Source of the DNA: an uncultured Candidatus Saccharibacteria bacterium
GTDB lineage: Bacteria > Patescibacteriota > Minisyncoccia > Phycocordibacterales > UBA918
Length of the DNA: 64,000 nt
Reading direction: 5' to 3'
NCBI GenBank assembly: GCA_964402035.1
Contig: CAYOAM010000002.1
Coordinates: 178,964-242,963, forward strand
The notes beneath the pieces were generated by a model. The model ran no database searches. It was not told where the DNA came from and was given only the letters and a program-made list of their open reading frames with translations. Below, piece after piece: positions 29,516 to 40,040 of the stretch (the first letter of the stretch is position 1; each line of letters opens with the position of its first letter). Both the position numbers and the translations under genes were made by a program.

Positions 29516-29851
29516 ATGGGATATCTTTTTGGGATATATTTCGAACCTAATCTCGGTAAATGTGCCCTGGGAGGTTACAGCCGAATCAAAACGATACTCG
29601 AAGATTGCACACCACCACTTATGACGCTTTTTTGTGATCCAATCTATCGATGTACAGCACCGTACCCGTTGCTCTCGGGAAAGTTCTGCAGGAAGGTCAA
29701 TCTCGATTACATTCACTTTCTCGACGGGGTGCGTCACGCGCTTCGCAATACTGCCTCTGCAGAAGACGTCACTATACATGAGCTAGTACTCACCGTCCCT
29801 TCAATCCCCATAGAAAACAAGACGTTGATCCCCTTCCCCACAACACCATGA
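29516..29851 (+). CDS. Hypothetical protein
   Basis: AAGGAG upstream of ATG and TATAAT upstream; no recognisable motif. Confidence 0.4.
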   Translation: MGYLFGIYFEPNLGKCALGGYSRIKTILEDCTPPLMTLFCDPIYRCTAPYPLLSGKFCRKVNLDYIHFLDGVRHALRNTASAEDVTIHELVLTVPSIPIENKTLIPFPTTP

Positions 29852-29912
29852 TCGAGACTCATGGTGTTTTTTAAAATGATATACTGAAGCCTAAATCGGT
29901 ATAAACAACGAT

Positions 29913-30485
29913 ATGGAAGGAGCACCAAAAAAGAATAATGCCGAAATGGGCCGACGGGGTTTATTGCGAGGAGTAATGGGACTTGGTGTAGCCACTACCG
30001 CTGGTTCTTTTGCAGAAAATGCTGATGCCAGTGCAAAGAAAAAGAAAACTCCTGAAAAGCCTCTGCCTCAATTAGAAAAAATTGAAACTCTGAATCATGA
30101 AATCCAAACCATTGGGGATACCTACGTAGACCTTTTGGTTGAATGGGAAGCGGTCAGTACAGCCACACAGACTGACTTTAGGACTGGGCCATCTTTGATG
30201 CGATACCAATCACGGTTCCGTGACACCTACTCCATAATATTGGCAACAGTAGATTCTGTACACACCGCAGTCACGGATGAAACAGAAATCTTTAGGGTAG
30301 AGCTCACTAAATTTGACCGCCTCATGGAAAAAAACGATTTGGAGGCTGCAGAGAAAGTAAAAATAAAGATGCGTGCTCAACTCAACAACCTCCTTTCGTT
30401 TAGTAATGAAGCAAAAAGAAGTCCGCTGATGCAGGAGTACTTGCAGGAAGTGGAGGACAATACAGCAAAAAGAAAGCGTATATAA
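29913..30485 (+). CDS. Hypothetical exported helical protein with twin-arginine-like signal
   Basis: GRRGLL, hydrophobic stretch, ADA-S cleavage-like site. Confidence 0.65.
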   Translation: MEGAPKKNNAEMGRRGLLRGVMGLGVATTAGSFAENADASAKKKKTPEKPLPQLEKIETLNHEIQTIGDTYVDLLVEWEAVSTATQTDFRTGPSLMRYQSRFRDTYSIILATVDSVHTAVTDETEIFRVELTKFDRLMEKNDLEAAEKVKIKMRAQLNNLLSFSNEAKRSPLMQEYLQEVEDNTAKRKRI

Positions 30486-30531
30486 AATGGTGAGAGCCGG
30501 TCGCATGTTGCGAACCGGCTCTTTGTTTCGT

Positions 30532-30813
30532 TCATCGAACCTCCTTTCCGAGCCGAAGCCCGATAGTGTTCTTGATCATCAGTGCATCACGACGACGTGG
30601 TGTGGGGGGAGTGAATAGCTCCCACCCAAACGCCATCATGACAACCGCGAATCCAGCAACCAGAAACATCAAATCATACCGTCTGTCAAAATCACTCTCG
30701 ACCCCGACAGTCGGTATGATGATAGCGATGACTATCAGCAACCAGAAGCGCCGAGAAAATCTCGAACCACGTGAGGCTTTCATTGGCTTTCCTTTCCGCA
30801 GGGTTGCCTGCAT
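30532..30813 (-). CDS. Small hypothetical membrane protein
   Basis: Two hydrophobic segments; hairpin at 30493-30525 between convergent genes. Confidence 0.45.
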   Translation of the reverse strand: MQATLRKGKPMKASRGSRFSRRFWLLIVIAIIIPTVGVESDFDRRYDLMFLVAGFAVVMMAFGWELFTPPTPRRRDALMIKNTIGLRLGKEVR

Positions 30814-30922
30814 GATGTGTGGGTTGATCTCGCGCTATTATACCATGACCATATATATTGTCAATATAACCAAATCACGTTCTAAACGCTCACTTTTCTG
30901 GCACTTGCGGTATACTAGAAAT

Positions 30923-31273
30923 ATGCTCAAAAAACTACTGCCGGGCGCATGTTTACTCTTCCCTTTCTTTGCTTACGCACAGGGATCCGTACAAAGTTAT
31001 CTCATCGCTTTTGGAGGATTTCTCAACTGGTACATCATCCCCCTTATTTTTGGTTTTGCTTTTCTGATGTTTCTGTGGGGAATGTTCAAATTTTTCTTTT
31101 GGAGTGGTGCGAGCACTGAAGGACGTGAGCAAGGAAAGAGTCTTGCGCTCTGGGGTATCCTTGCCTTTGTGTTTTTTTTCAGCATTTGGGGACTCACCAA
31201 CATGCTCGTCGACGCGTTTGATATTGGTGGCAATACCACCATCTGCCCTGACTTCTATCCGAATTGTAAATAA
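30923..31273 (+). CDS. CPR-type pilin-like membrane protein (TrbC/VirB2-like)
   Basis: Start at ATG 30923 after TATACT; signal 'PFFAYAQ', 'FLWGMFKFF...GK...LWGIL...SIWG'. Confidence 0.7.
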   Translation: MLKKLLPGACLLFPFFAYAQGSVQSYLIAFGGFLNWYIIPLIFGFAFLMFLWGMFKFFFWSGASTEGREQGKSLALWGILAFVFFFSIWGLTNMLVDAFDIGGNTTICPDFYPNCK

Positions 31274-31308
31274 CACCAACCAAAAACAGGGCGAGCTTTT
31301 TCACGCAG

Positions 31309-31587
31309 TTGTGGGGATACGGAATTTGGTTTTCTTTAGCATTATTATTCTTTGCAGCGCTCTTCAATGATGCTGGTGGGCTTTTTAGTACCGGCTTCGG
31401 TACGTTTCTATGGACTAATCCTATTGTTCTCATTATTGCTTACTTTGCACCCAGATATCGCACAGCAACCGGCAGTACTCTGCCGAGGAGCGTTCTCACA
31501 TTTTGTAACGTATTGCCGCTATTCTACGTTGGAATATGGATCCTTTTCTTTCTTTGGATACTGTATGCCAGCTGTCTTTGCTTCTAA
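31309..31587 (+). CDS. Small hypothetical membrane protein
   Basis: Three hydrophobic segments, followed by a terminator. Confidence 0.5.
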   Translation: MWGYGIWFSLALLFFAALFNDAGGLFSTGFGTFLWTNPIVLIIAYFAPRYRTATGSTLPRSVLTFCNVLPLFYVGIWILFFLWILYASCLCF

Positions 31588-31631
31588 AAACCCCCGTGAG
31601 TCCTTTTTGGACTCACGGGGGTTTTCTTTTT
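31586..31631. terminator. Intrinsic terminator (probably bidirectional)
   Basis: AAAACCCCCGTGAGTCC-TTTTT-GGACTCACGGGGGTTTTCTTTT. Confidence 0.8.
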
Positions 31632-32090
31632 ATCGCATACGCCAAATGAGCGGATTGTAGTCTAAAAATTACACACGACGATGCGCACTCTATTTTGCCT
31701 TATTCATTGGCGGAGTCTTTCCTCCGTGTCGCATAGATTTTGAGACCATACCATGATAAGTCTATTTCGGTGCTCAATTGAGGCACCGAATATCGACCGG
31801 TAAGTTGTAGATACCTCCGAAGAGAATATAAACAACATTTCCGATTGGAATTAATCCACGACCAGCTTCCGCTAGCCGTGCCTTGTTACGACTTAGTCCC
31901 TGTCATCGAGTTTACCGTAAGCCTACGCGAGGTAGGATTTCGGGCACTCCCGACTCCCTTGACTTGACGGGCGGTGAGTACAAGGCTCGGGAACGTATTC
32001 ACCCCGGCGTTGCTGATCCGGGATTACTAGCGATTCCGACTTCATGGAGGCGAATTGCAGCCTCCAATCCGAACTGGGGGTACTTTTATA

Positions 32091-32122
<32 letters not shown>

Positions 32123-32282
32123 GTTGTAGTACCCATTGTATCACGAGTGCAGCCCAAGGCATCAAGGGACATGCGGACCTGGCGTCATCCTCACCTTCCT
32201 CCCCCGTGAGGGGGCAGTCTCGCCTGACAAATATAACAGGCAACGAGGGTTGCGTTCGTTTCCCCACTTAAGGGAACAACTC

Positions 32283-33171
32283 CATATATTACTCTCAATC
32301 TTTCGAATGAGTTTAGACTATACCATCATCCCACCATCAAGTTATCAAACTCTGTGTGGGAGCTCGGCGTGTTATAGCACTGTTTTTCCAACGTATTTGG
32401 AGACTCTTGCTATCTTCACTTTAGTAATTTCAAAAATTTTGAAATTACTTTGATCCAGTCGTTACGGGGTTATAGGAACTTTATACATCATACTTGCGAC
32501 GATATGTGGTCTGATAAGACCAAAGAATCTTTCATGATGCTTTTTACGAATAACCAATTTACGGTTTTTCCCGATACACGTTTCTATTCCGTGCTGTTCT
32601 TTGAGTGCGTGCTGTATGTGAGTTTGACTCTGATTGTCAAAACCTTCAATGGATATGACGGCTTTTGAGCCCGTCCAACATCCATCGTCCATATACCACA
32701 CCGCAAGAACTACCGGGGTCAAACGCAATTCGGAAGGAAATACTTTTTTATCACAAGGATAAAAATAAGAACGCCATTGCTTAAAATACTGTCTCGATGA
32801 AAACCGAAATGACACGTAGTGTGTCTCGTACTTCTTGTAGTAGCGGGATATTGCTTTTGGCTCCCCTGTATATGTTACAGAGGCAAGTAATTGCTGAAGC
32901 CAAAAAATATATTCCTTATTCTTTGAACCTTGTTCAAAACGTATCTTTCCACTTTTGGTTATATAAGCATCACCCAAGATAGAGCCAATCATGACTTCCT
33001 TCTGTAGATCGGTCATCGTGAGTTTGAGATTCTTTCGTGCGCGTACGATGTTCGATATTCCTAAACTTCCCACGGTATTGCCCATGATACCTATTGTACC
33101 ACTTAGGGTTTCACCGTTATGAGCCAAGTTATTCAATTTCAATTACTCGAAAAGGGCTCAAGTTTTAGTTT
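32283..33171 (-). mobile_element. Group I intron in 16S rRNA (about E. coli U1078) carrying a homing endonuclease
   Basis: Exons rejoin as CGTGGCTT|GAGTTGTTCCC; U before the 5' site, terminal G; P7 elements AACGACT / TATAGTCT. Confidence 0.88.
32462..33085 (-). CDS. LAGLIDADG homing endonuclease (two-motif), intron-encoded
   Basis: MIGSILGDAYI and LAVWYMDDG motifs; likely start MGNTVGS at 33085 (ORF open to 33142). Confidence 0.9.
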   Translation of the reverse strand: MGNTVGSLGISNIVRARKNLKLTMTDLQKEVMIGSILGDAYITKSGKIRFEQGSKNKEYIFWLQQLLASVTYTGEPKAISRYYKKYETHYVSFRFSSRQYFKQWRSYFYPCDKKVFPSELRLTPVVLAVWYMDDGCWTGSKAVISIEGFDNQSQTHIQHALKEQHGIETCIGKNRKLVIRKKHHERFFGLIRPHIVASMMYKVPITP

Positions 33172-33734
33172 AAGCCACGAACTGACGACGGCCATGCATC
33201 ACCTGTCTTACACCCTCGAAGGCTTCTCTACTTTCATAGAGCGTGCAGTAAGATTTCTAGCCTTGGTAAGGTTCCTCGCTTAGCGACGAATTAAGCCTCA
33301 TGATCCACCGCTTGTGCGAGCCCCCGTCTATTCCTTTGAGTTTTAATCTTGCGATCGTACTTCCCAGGCGGCCCGCTTAACGCGTTAGCTTCGCCACAAA
33401 GAGGGTCGATACTCCTTATAGCTAGCGGGCAACGTTTAGGGCGTGGACTACCGGGGTATCTAATCCCGTTCGCTACCCACGCTTTCGTGTTTCAGTGTCA
33501 GGAGTACGCCAGTATAGTGCCTTCGCATTTGGTGTTCCCCATGATATCAACGGATTTCACCCCTACACCATGAGTTCCCTATACCTCTCGTATCCTCGAG
33601 CGTAGCCGTTTCCCTTGCGATCTCAGGGTTAAGCCCTGAGTTTTAACAAGAGACTAACTACGCCACCTACACACCCTTTACGCCCAGTAAATCCGGATAA
33701 TGCTTGGGGCCTCTGTATTACCGCTCCTGCTGGC

Positions 33735-34074
33735 CAATTGTATACTACGTATATACACATACGTAGTACTCACATCACTGTGAGGATCGGACTATATCAT
33801 CACCCTCCTCCATTTCTGGAGGTAGGGGCTCGGCGTGTAGTCTCTGAGGGGTCAAAAAGGTATGTTTATCTTTTAAAATAAAAATACTTTTAATGACTTC
33901 CCTGCTGATTGTCTCAAAGGATCCAGCACTTTCTTTTCCTTATTAGAAAAGAAAGTGCTGGACGCAGTCCATATGAGATTTCCAGCATATAGCCAAGTTG
34001 TTCGCTCGCAATTACTCGTGAGCGCTGCACCGGTAAATACAAAGTTTTGATCTATTCCTAACCTTCTTTCGTTT
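33735..34074 (-). mobile_element. ORF-less group I intron in 16S rRNA at U516
   Basis: Exons rejoin as AACTCTGT|GCCAGCAGG; terminal G; CAGAGACTACACG and GATATAGTCCG core elements. Confidence 0.9.
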
Positions 34075-34199
34075 ACAGAGTTAGGAGCCCCTTATTCATG
34101 AGGTAACGTCAAAATTTCCTCCCTCATAAAAGATGTTTACGTCCCTAAGGACTTCATCCATCACGCGGCGTCGCTCCGTCAGACTTTCGTCCATTGCGG

Positions 34200-34230
<31 letters not shown>

Positions 34231-34758
34231 ATGGACCGTGTCTCAGTTCCATCGGTGGGGGTCAGCCTCTCAGCTCCCCTACGCGTCATAGCCTTGGTAA
34301 GCCATTACCTTACCAACTAGCTGATACGTCGCAGGCCGTTCCTAAAGCGATAAATCTTTACTCTTTCGAGACCATCGAGAATTATCCCAGCTTTCGCTGG
34401 GTTATGCCCGACTTTAGGGTACGTACCTACGTGTTACTACCTCGTCCGCCATGGGTCTAAACCCATTCGACTTGCATGCCTCATCCACGCCGCCAGCATT
34501 CATCCTGAGCTAGGATCAAACTCTAATTTAAGACGATGGTGCGTATTGCTACGCGATCATCGATTTTCCAAGAATAAGGCAAAAGAAAATGAACATTTCT
34601 AATGCCTATGTGTTTTGTGCACTGCAAAATTGCTTTTGCAGTATTGTTTCGTGTGTACGTTTTTAGCGTACTAAATTATCAAAAAACATTCCCCTGCCAC
34701 CCATCGAAAGTCGATTTTTGGAACCAAACCCTAGCACATCCAGACGAATGTTCGGGCG

Positions 34759-34816
34759 AACAAAAAAGCCCCAAAAGGCAGTCAGAGCATTATACGGATT
34801 TGCAGCTTCCCGTCAA
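34759..34816 (-). promoter_or_regulatory. 16S rRNA promoter with leader hairpin + T-run
   Basis: TTGACG-16bp-TATAAT, then GCCTTTTGGGGC-TTTTTTG. Confidence 0.75.
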
Positions 34817-34936
34817 GCAAGTCGGTAGATACGCCGAGATAAGGACCTCCAACCACCTTTTGGGTATAAAAATCGATGGAAAATATACCTATTCCACATG
34901 CTCAAACCACCTAATTCTATGCTACAATTTCCCGTG

Positions 34937-35632
34937 ATGCATACATCTGAAATAGTGATTATATCGGTCGGCGGCTCACTCATTGTTCCCGATCAGATAG
35001 ACACCGTTTTTCTCTCTTCACTCAAAACACTCCTTGCGGCAGAAATAAAAAACGGCAAGAAATTTATCATCATCACGGGTGGTGGAAAAACTGCTCGAAG
35101 GTACATGGAGGCAGCTCAGCAGGTAAGTAGCCTCACGTCAGAAGATATCGACTGGATTGGTATACACGCGACCCGTCTCAATGGTCACCTCTTGCGTACG
35201 GTTTTTCGAGACATGGCGCACCCCGTCATGGTCACGAATCCCGACGACATTCTCGATGTACCAAAGACGGCATCATTGGTGATTGCTGCTGGGTATCGCC
35301 CCGGTGCATCGACCGACTTACGCGCCGTACAGATCGCTGAGCGATGTGGAGCCAAAAAACTCGTCAACCTTTCAAATATTGACTACGTGTATACCGACGA
35401 CCCACGCAAAAATGCTGACGCTCAAAAAATAGAAAAAATTAATTGGCACGATTTTAGAAAACTGATTCCAAAAGAATGGGATCCGGGCCTCTCTTCCCCG
35501 TTTGATCCGGTTGCAGCGCGTGAAGCAGAACGTCTCGCACTCGAGGTTGCGATCATTAATGGCACAAAACTCCACGAACTAGGGCAGTATTTAGAAAACA
35601 AACCGTTTGTAGGGACAGTCATCCACGCTTAA
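34937..35632 (+). CDS. pyrH: UMP kinase (archaeal-type)
   Basis: ISVGGSL, TGGGKTARRY, DWIGIHATRLN, STD, YTDDPR, FDPVAA. Confidence 0.9.
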   Translation: MHTSEIVIISVGGSLIVPDQIDTVFLSSLKTLLAAEIKNGKKFIIITGGGKTARRYMEAAQQVSSLTSEDIDWIGIHATRLNGHLLRTVFRDMAHPVMVTNPDDILDVPKTASLVIAAGYRPGASTDLRAVQIAERCGAKKLVNLSNIDYVYTDDPRKNADAQKIEKINWHDFRKLIPKEWDPGLSSPFDPVAAREAERLALEVAIINGTKLHELGQYLENKPFVGTVIHA

Positions 35633-36117
35633 CTTTGGCTCGGGGTACTATCGATATTTTGAGGAGCGACTGGTGGTTGTGGTACAGGAACAGTACTAAT
35701 TGGAGATGAGGCCGCTGCAATGCCTTTTGGATTTGGACCATATTTGTTGTCATCGAGAGTACCTTTTATTAGCCCTAACACTATTAAGATGAGCAGAGAG
35801 AGCATAAGAAATAATGGTATACTTGCCACCAACCAAAATCCTGCTATAGGCAGAGACCACCAGCCCGAAACACCAATATCATGAAGACGACGAATGTATA
35901 CTGCTAAAAAATGTAAAAATACAAAACTAAAAAAAAATATGGTCAGCGTCATAGCTGCAGAAGAGCCATACCTACTGAAAAGTGCATATGCGAAAACCGA
36001 TTCTATAACAAGAGAGACCATACAGAACACCAACACGAACATCCAATACTCCTTTCGCGATGCACGCCCGCTAAACTGAAAATACTTTTTTGTAATCGTG
36101 TCTAGAAACAAATGCAT
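35629..36117 (-). CDS. DUF805 family membrane protein
   Basis: FSGRASRKEYW, RRLHDIGVSGW, NKYGPNP. Confidence 0.92.
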   Translation of the reverse strand: MHLFLDTITKKYFQFSGRASRKEYWMFVLVFCMVSLVIESVFAYALFSRYGSSAAMTLTIFFFSFVFLHFLAVYIRRLHDIGVSGWWSLPIAGFWLVASIPLFLMLSLLILIVLGLIKGTLDDNKYGPNPKGIAAASSPISTVPVPQPPVAPQNIDSTPSQS

Positions 36118-36185
36118 AAATAGTGCCTATAAATAATAATAGTCCAGCATGTGGATCTACCGTCGGACAGCACCTCTGTCGATGC

Positions 36186-36734
36186 TCATACACCCAGCTT
36201 TTCCAGACAATAATCAAGCTGGATTTTAAGTTCAGCAATGGTGGAATTGTTGGTGATAGTGCAATCAGCACACTCCATGACGGTACGCGAATTTTGTTTG
36301 GTAGGATCATCCGATCGAGCTTCCTCCTCCTGCTTCTTTAGAAATTCTTCCTTAGATATTTTGTCCGTCTCACTCATGCGGTGCTTGATACGTTCATAGC
36401 GAATCTCAGGGTCAGCATCGACAGCAAAGACATAGCCGCCACGCTCTCGGATTGCTTCGACTTCCCCCATCGTGTAAATAGACTCAATCACCACATCATG
36501 CACCGCCGGTTCAAAACGACGTGTATATTCCTCAACTACGTACGCAACCCCATGCTCACGACGTAGCTCATTGGCGACATCAGCAATACTTTTTCGATCC
36601 GCTTCAACTCCACGTTTTTTTAAAATATCCAAAAAAAGCTCCCGTGCAGAGCAATGCACGAAACCGCGTTCTTTTAAAAACTGGACTACTACTCCTTTGC
36701 CCGCTCCATGAGTGCCCGCTATACCGATTACCAT
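36186..36734 (-). CDS. P-loop nucleotide kinase (archaeal dephospho-CoA-kinase-like)
   Basis: IGIAGTHGAGKG, VDADPEIRYER, AD.TI.NN. Confidence 0.75.
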   Translation of the reverse strand: MVIGIAGTHGAGKGVVVQFLKERGFVHCSARELFLDILKKRGVEADRKSIADVANELRREHGVAYVVEEYTRRFEPAVHDVVIESIYTMGEVEAIRERGGYVFAVDADPEIRYERIKHRMSETDKISKEEFLKKQEEEARSDDPTKQNSRTVMECADCTITNNSTIAELKIQLDYCLEKLGV

Positions 36735-36781
36735 ATAAATTTAATATACGGATTCTACCATATTTTATATTCCAGTCCTTT

Positions 36782-37681
36782 CTAGGCTTTCTTCTGCCAC
36801 TCTTCAATAAGTACAAGGAGCGGCGCAGCAAGGAAAATAGATGAGTATGTACCCGCAACCATACCCACGATGAGGGTGAGTGCAAAATCGCGCGTCGATG
36901 CTGGCCCGACATAAAAGAGCGCCACGAGTACGATGATGACTGTAAGCGAGGTGTTCAGAGATCGTGCAATTGTCTGGGTCACACTGCGACCAACAAGATC
37001 ACTAAACACCTCACGTTTATTCCTCTCTCCATTGAGGCGAAGATTTTCTCGAATACGATCAAAGACCACGATGGTGTCGTTGATTGAGATACCTAAAATC
37101 GTGAGAACAGCCACGATAAAGAGCGCATCAACCTCAGCGCCGCGCACATGTCCTAGATATGCAAAGAGTCCTGCAGGCAAAATAATGTCATGGAGTAGTG
37201 TGACAATCGCCACGACACCATACTTCCACGAGGCAACTGGTTTTGAAACATGACGAAAAACAAACGCTATAAAAAGGATGATCGAGAGTGTCACGAGCAC
37301 GATCGCCACCCACGCCTTGCGATAGAGCTCTTGACCGATCGACGGTCCCACCGAGTTAAACTGCACTTCTTCTACCTTCCCCAAGGTATTGAGTCCACTA
37401 AGCAATGACTCCTTCTCTCTCGGAAGCAAGTCACGCTGGCGCAATATAAACGTGTCATCCTTTGATGGCTGCACGCGAATTTCACCAACAGCAAGCGGCT
37501 CGAGAGCCACATGTACTTGCTCCACCGTTGGACGACCCTCGGGATACTTTACCTCAAGCAATGAGCCACCCTTAAGATCAATACCTGCGACAAGTCCCCA
37601 CGTCCCTAGAGAAATAGCAGACAGCACCAACAAGACAACTGGGATAATAAAGAAATAATTTTTATACTTGGTGATATTCAT
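36782..37681 (-). CDS. secF: Protein translocase subunit SecF
   Basis: GIDLKGG, VGPSIG, HDI, SINDTIVVFDRIRE, RSLNTS, GTYSS. Confidence 0.97.
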   Translation of the reverse strand: MNITKYKNYFFIIPVVLLVLSAISLGTWGLVAGIDLKGGSLLEVKYPEGRPTVEQVHVALEPLAVGEIRVQPSKDDTFILRQRDLLPREKESLLSGLNTLGKVEEVQFNSVGPSIGQELYRKAWVAIVLVTLSIILFIAFVFRHVSKPVASWKYGVVAIVTLLHDIILPAGLFAYLGHVRGAEVDALFIVAVLTILGISINDTIVVFDRIRENLRLNGERNKREVFSDLVGRSVTQTIARSLNTSLTVIIVLVALFYVGPASTRDFALTLIVGMVAGTYSSIFLAAPLLVLIEEWQKKA

Positions 37682-37682
37682 A

Positions 37683-39092
37683 CTAGAATCTTATACCCGA
37701 ACGAAGTAAGAATTTTCCAAGCGGTTTCTCGGCACTTACCGGAATGGCCATGAGTAGTGTGCGTGAAATCGTAATTGCTGAAAACATTGAGACAATAACG
37801 CCAAGCGCGAACACCAGTGCAAATCCCTTGATGAGTGCGGTACCAAACCAAAAGAGAATGGCGCTCGCAATAATGTGTGCAATATTTGAATCGCGAATAG
37901 CTAGCCATGCGCGAGTGAAGCCTTCACTGATCGCTTCCTGCGTCTTTTTCCCCGCTGCCAATTCTTCCTTGACTCGCTCTGCAATGAGGATATTGGCATC
38001 AACAGCGAGTCCAACGGAGAGAATAAATCCTGCAAGTCCTGCTGCAGTGAGCACTACCGGCACCAACTTAAAGAGCGCCAACATCACCACAACATAGAGC
38101 GCAAGCGCAACCACCGACACCAGACCCGGCAATCGATACCAGACAATCATAAATATGCACAAAATCAAAAAACCATACACACCTGCCTTGATACCCGCAC
38201 GCAACGCCTCCTCACCGAGCGATGCTCCGATCGTTTGCGTATTTGCAAGCTCGATTGGGATAGGCAATGCACCAAAATTGAGATTTCGCACGAGCACCTT
38301 TGCTTCTTCAGGAGTGAAATTTCCACTAATGACGGCCTTTCCTCCCGTAATTGATTCATTAATGTTTGGAGCAGACATAAGTGCTCCATCAAGGAAAATG
38401 GCGAGTGGATGTCCCACGTTGTCTTTCGTAATTTTTGCAAAAAGTGCCGCACCCTCATCATTAAACTCAATCTGCACAATCGGCTCATTTGATAACTGCC
38501 CTTGGTTTCCTGAGCCAAAGACTAGACTTGCACGCTTGAGGTACCGTCCAGTAAGTCCGGTCGGGATGTATGGATCTGCAACTTCTTCCCCATTCACCCG
38601 CACATTACTGATCTTGGCATCAGAACTTGAAGCGTTCATCTGATCAACGGCATCCTGGGCAGCTTTTGCTTTTTCATTTACCAATTTAAATTCAAGCGTT
38701 GGTGTTTCACCGATCTGACGAATCGCATCTTTAATATCCGTCACACCAGGAAGTTCCACAATGAGGCGCTGCTCTTGTTTACCCGCAACCATACTCGATT
38801 GCTCCACCTGAATGATCGGTTCGGATACACCGAATACATTCACTCGTCGTTCAATCACTTCACGCAGTGATGCCATAGCACTTTCCACCTCTGTTTCAGC
38901 GACTGCCGACACATCAGCCACATACACCAACTGGCTACCTCCAGCGAGATCAAGGCCAAACTTAAAAGGAAAACGAGACCCCTCGTGCACCGTTGATGTA
39001 TAGACAAAATATCCAACGACCGCAGCACATGCAATAACCGCGCATGCGCGGAATACTCGTATCGCCAAAATCGGCATTTCAGAATCCTTCAT
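37683..39092 (-). CDS. secD: Protein translocase subunit SecD
   Basis: GLDLAGG, RVNVFGVSEP, VELPG, GALP, AVDANILI.ER. Confidence 0.97.
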   Translation of the reverse strand: MKDSEMPILAIRVFRACAVIACAAVVGYFVYTSTVHEGSRFPFKFGLDLAGGSQLVYVADVSAVAETEVESAMASLREVIERRVNVFGVSEPIIQVEQSSMVAGKQEQRLIVELPGVTDIKDAIRQIGETPTLEFKLVNEKAKAAQDAVDQMNASSSDAKISNVRVNGEEVADPYIPTGLTGRYLKRASLVFGSGNQGQLSNEPIVQIEFNDEGAALFAKITKDNVGHPLAIFLDGALMSAPNINESITGGKAVISGNFTPEEAKVLVRNLNFGALPIPIELANTQTIGASLGEEALRAGIKAGVYGFLILCIFMIVWYRLPGLVSVVALALYVVVMLALFKLVPVVLTAAGLAGFILSVGLAVDANILIAERVKEELAAGKKTQEAISEGFTRAWLAIRDSNIAHIIASAILFWFGTALIKGFALVFALGVIVSMFSAITISRTLLMAIPVSAEKPLGKFLLRSGIRF

Positions 39093-39190
39093 ACCCCACA
39101 GTTATACCAGGTTCATATCTAGGCGTCTATTGTAACAACAGAGCACCATAGAGTGCGCTAACCGTAAAGTACCTTTTCCTCATCTAAAGC

Positions 39191-40018
39191 CTATCCCTTA
39201 AAATCGTGTTGTAACCGGAGCATATTTGCGAACAGCTCCGCAACAGCGATAGGTCCGATACCCCCAGGGACCGGCGTAAAAATGGAAGCTTTTTCACTGC
39301 AGGCAGGATTTGCATCACCCACAACACGTCCGCCCTCCTCCGACGTACCCGCGTCAAAAATAACCACACCATCCTTAATCATAGTTGGTGTCACCAACCC
39401 TGGAACGCCAGCTCCTAGCACAAGTACATCAGCGGTACCAACCGCTTCGAGTAGGTTTCCATCATGTTTTGTGAGCCGTACAACATGCGCACCTTCATGT
39501 TCGAGCCATCTTGCTGCAGGCGCCCCCACAAGACGTCCCTGACCGACAACGACGACCGCACGTCCAGTGAGTGGTATCGCAAATTCTTCGCTCATCGTAC
39601 GAATCACAGAAACTACCGGGGGGAGCACTGAAAAATCTCCCTGCTCGATAGCGTCTCTTGCTGCCATACCGATGCAGTCGGGATCCAGTACTCGTGGAAT
39701 CAGCGCAAGAAGTTGTTCAAGATTGATGTGCGGCGGTAATGGTAATTGCAATACAATACTTTCGTTCGCTGCAACAGCACTTGCAACCACGTCACGTATC
39801 TGCGCTTCAACGACCACACCATCAAAGATGATTGTTCGCATAACAATACCGGCCCGTGACGCTACTTTCTCTTTTATACGTAAAAATTGTTTTGTCGGCG
39901 CATCAGGATCAGCGGTAATGGCCACCATGCGTGGTGCTTGGGGCAACGTACGCACAAAATCATGCATGAGCACCACAAGCTCATCTGCCCTTTGTTTTCC
40001 AAAAAGTACTAATCCCAT
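39191..40018 (-). CDS. folD: Methylenetetrahydrofolate dehydrogenase/cyclohydrolase
   Basis: QLPLP, VVGQGRLVGAP, DAG, TPVPGGIGP. Confidence 0.92.
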   Translation of the reverse strand: MGLVLFGKQRADELVVLMHDFVRTLPQAPRMVAITADPDAPTKQFLRIKEKVASRAGIVMRTIIFDGVVVEAQIRDVVASAVAANESIVLQLPLPPHINLEQLLALIPRVLDPDCIGMAARDAIEQGDFSVLPPVVSVIRTMSEEFAIPLTGRAVVVVGQGRLVGAPAARWLEHEGAHVVRLTKHDGNLLEAVGTADVLVLGAGVPGLVTPTMIKDGVVIFDAGTSEEGGRVVGDANPACSEKASIFTPVPGGIGPIAVAELFANMLRLQHDFKG

Positions 40019-40040
40019 ATAGTGTCAAAGATAAAATAGA

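Noticed and set aside
30566-30922. N-terminal extension of the pilin-like ORF
   Set aside because: Overlaps an opposite-strand ORF; the TATACT and signal peptide point to ATG 30923.
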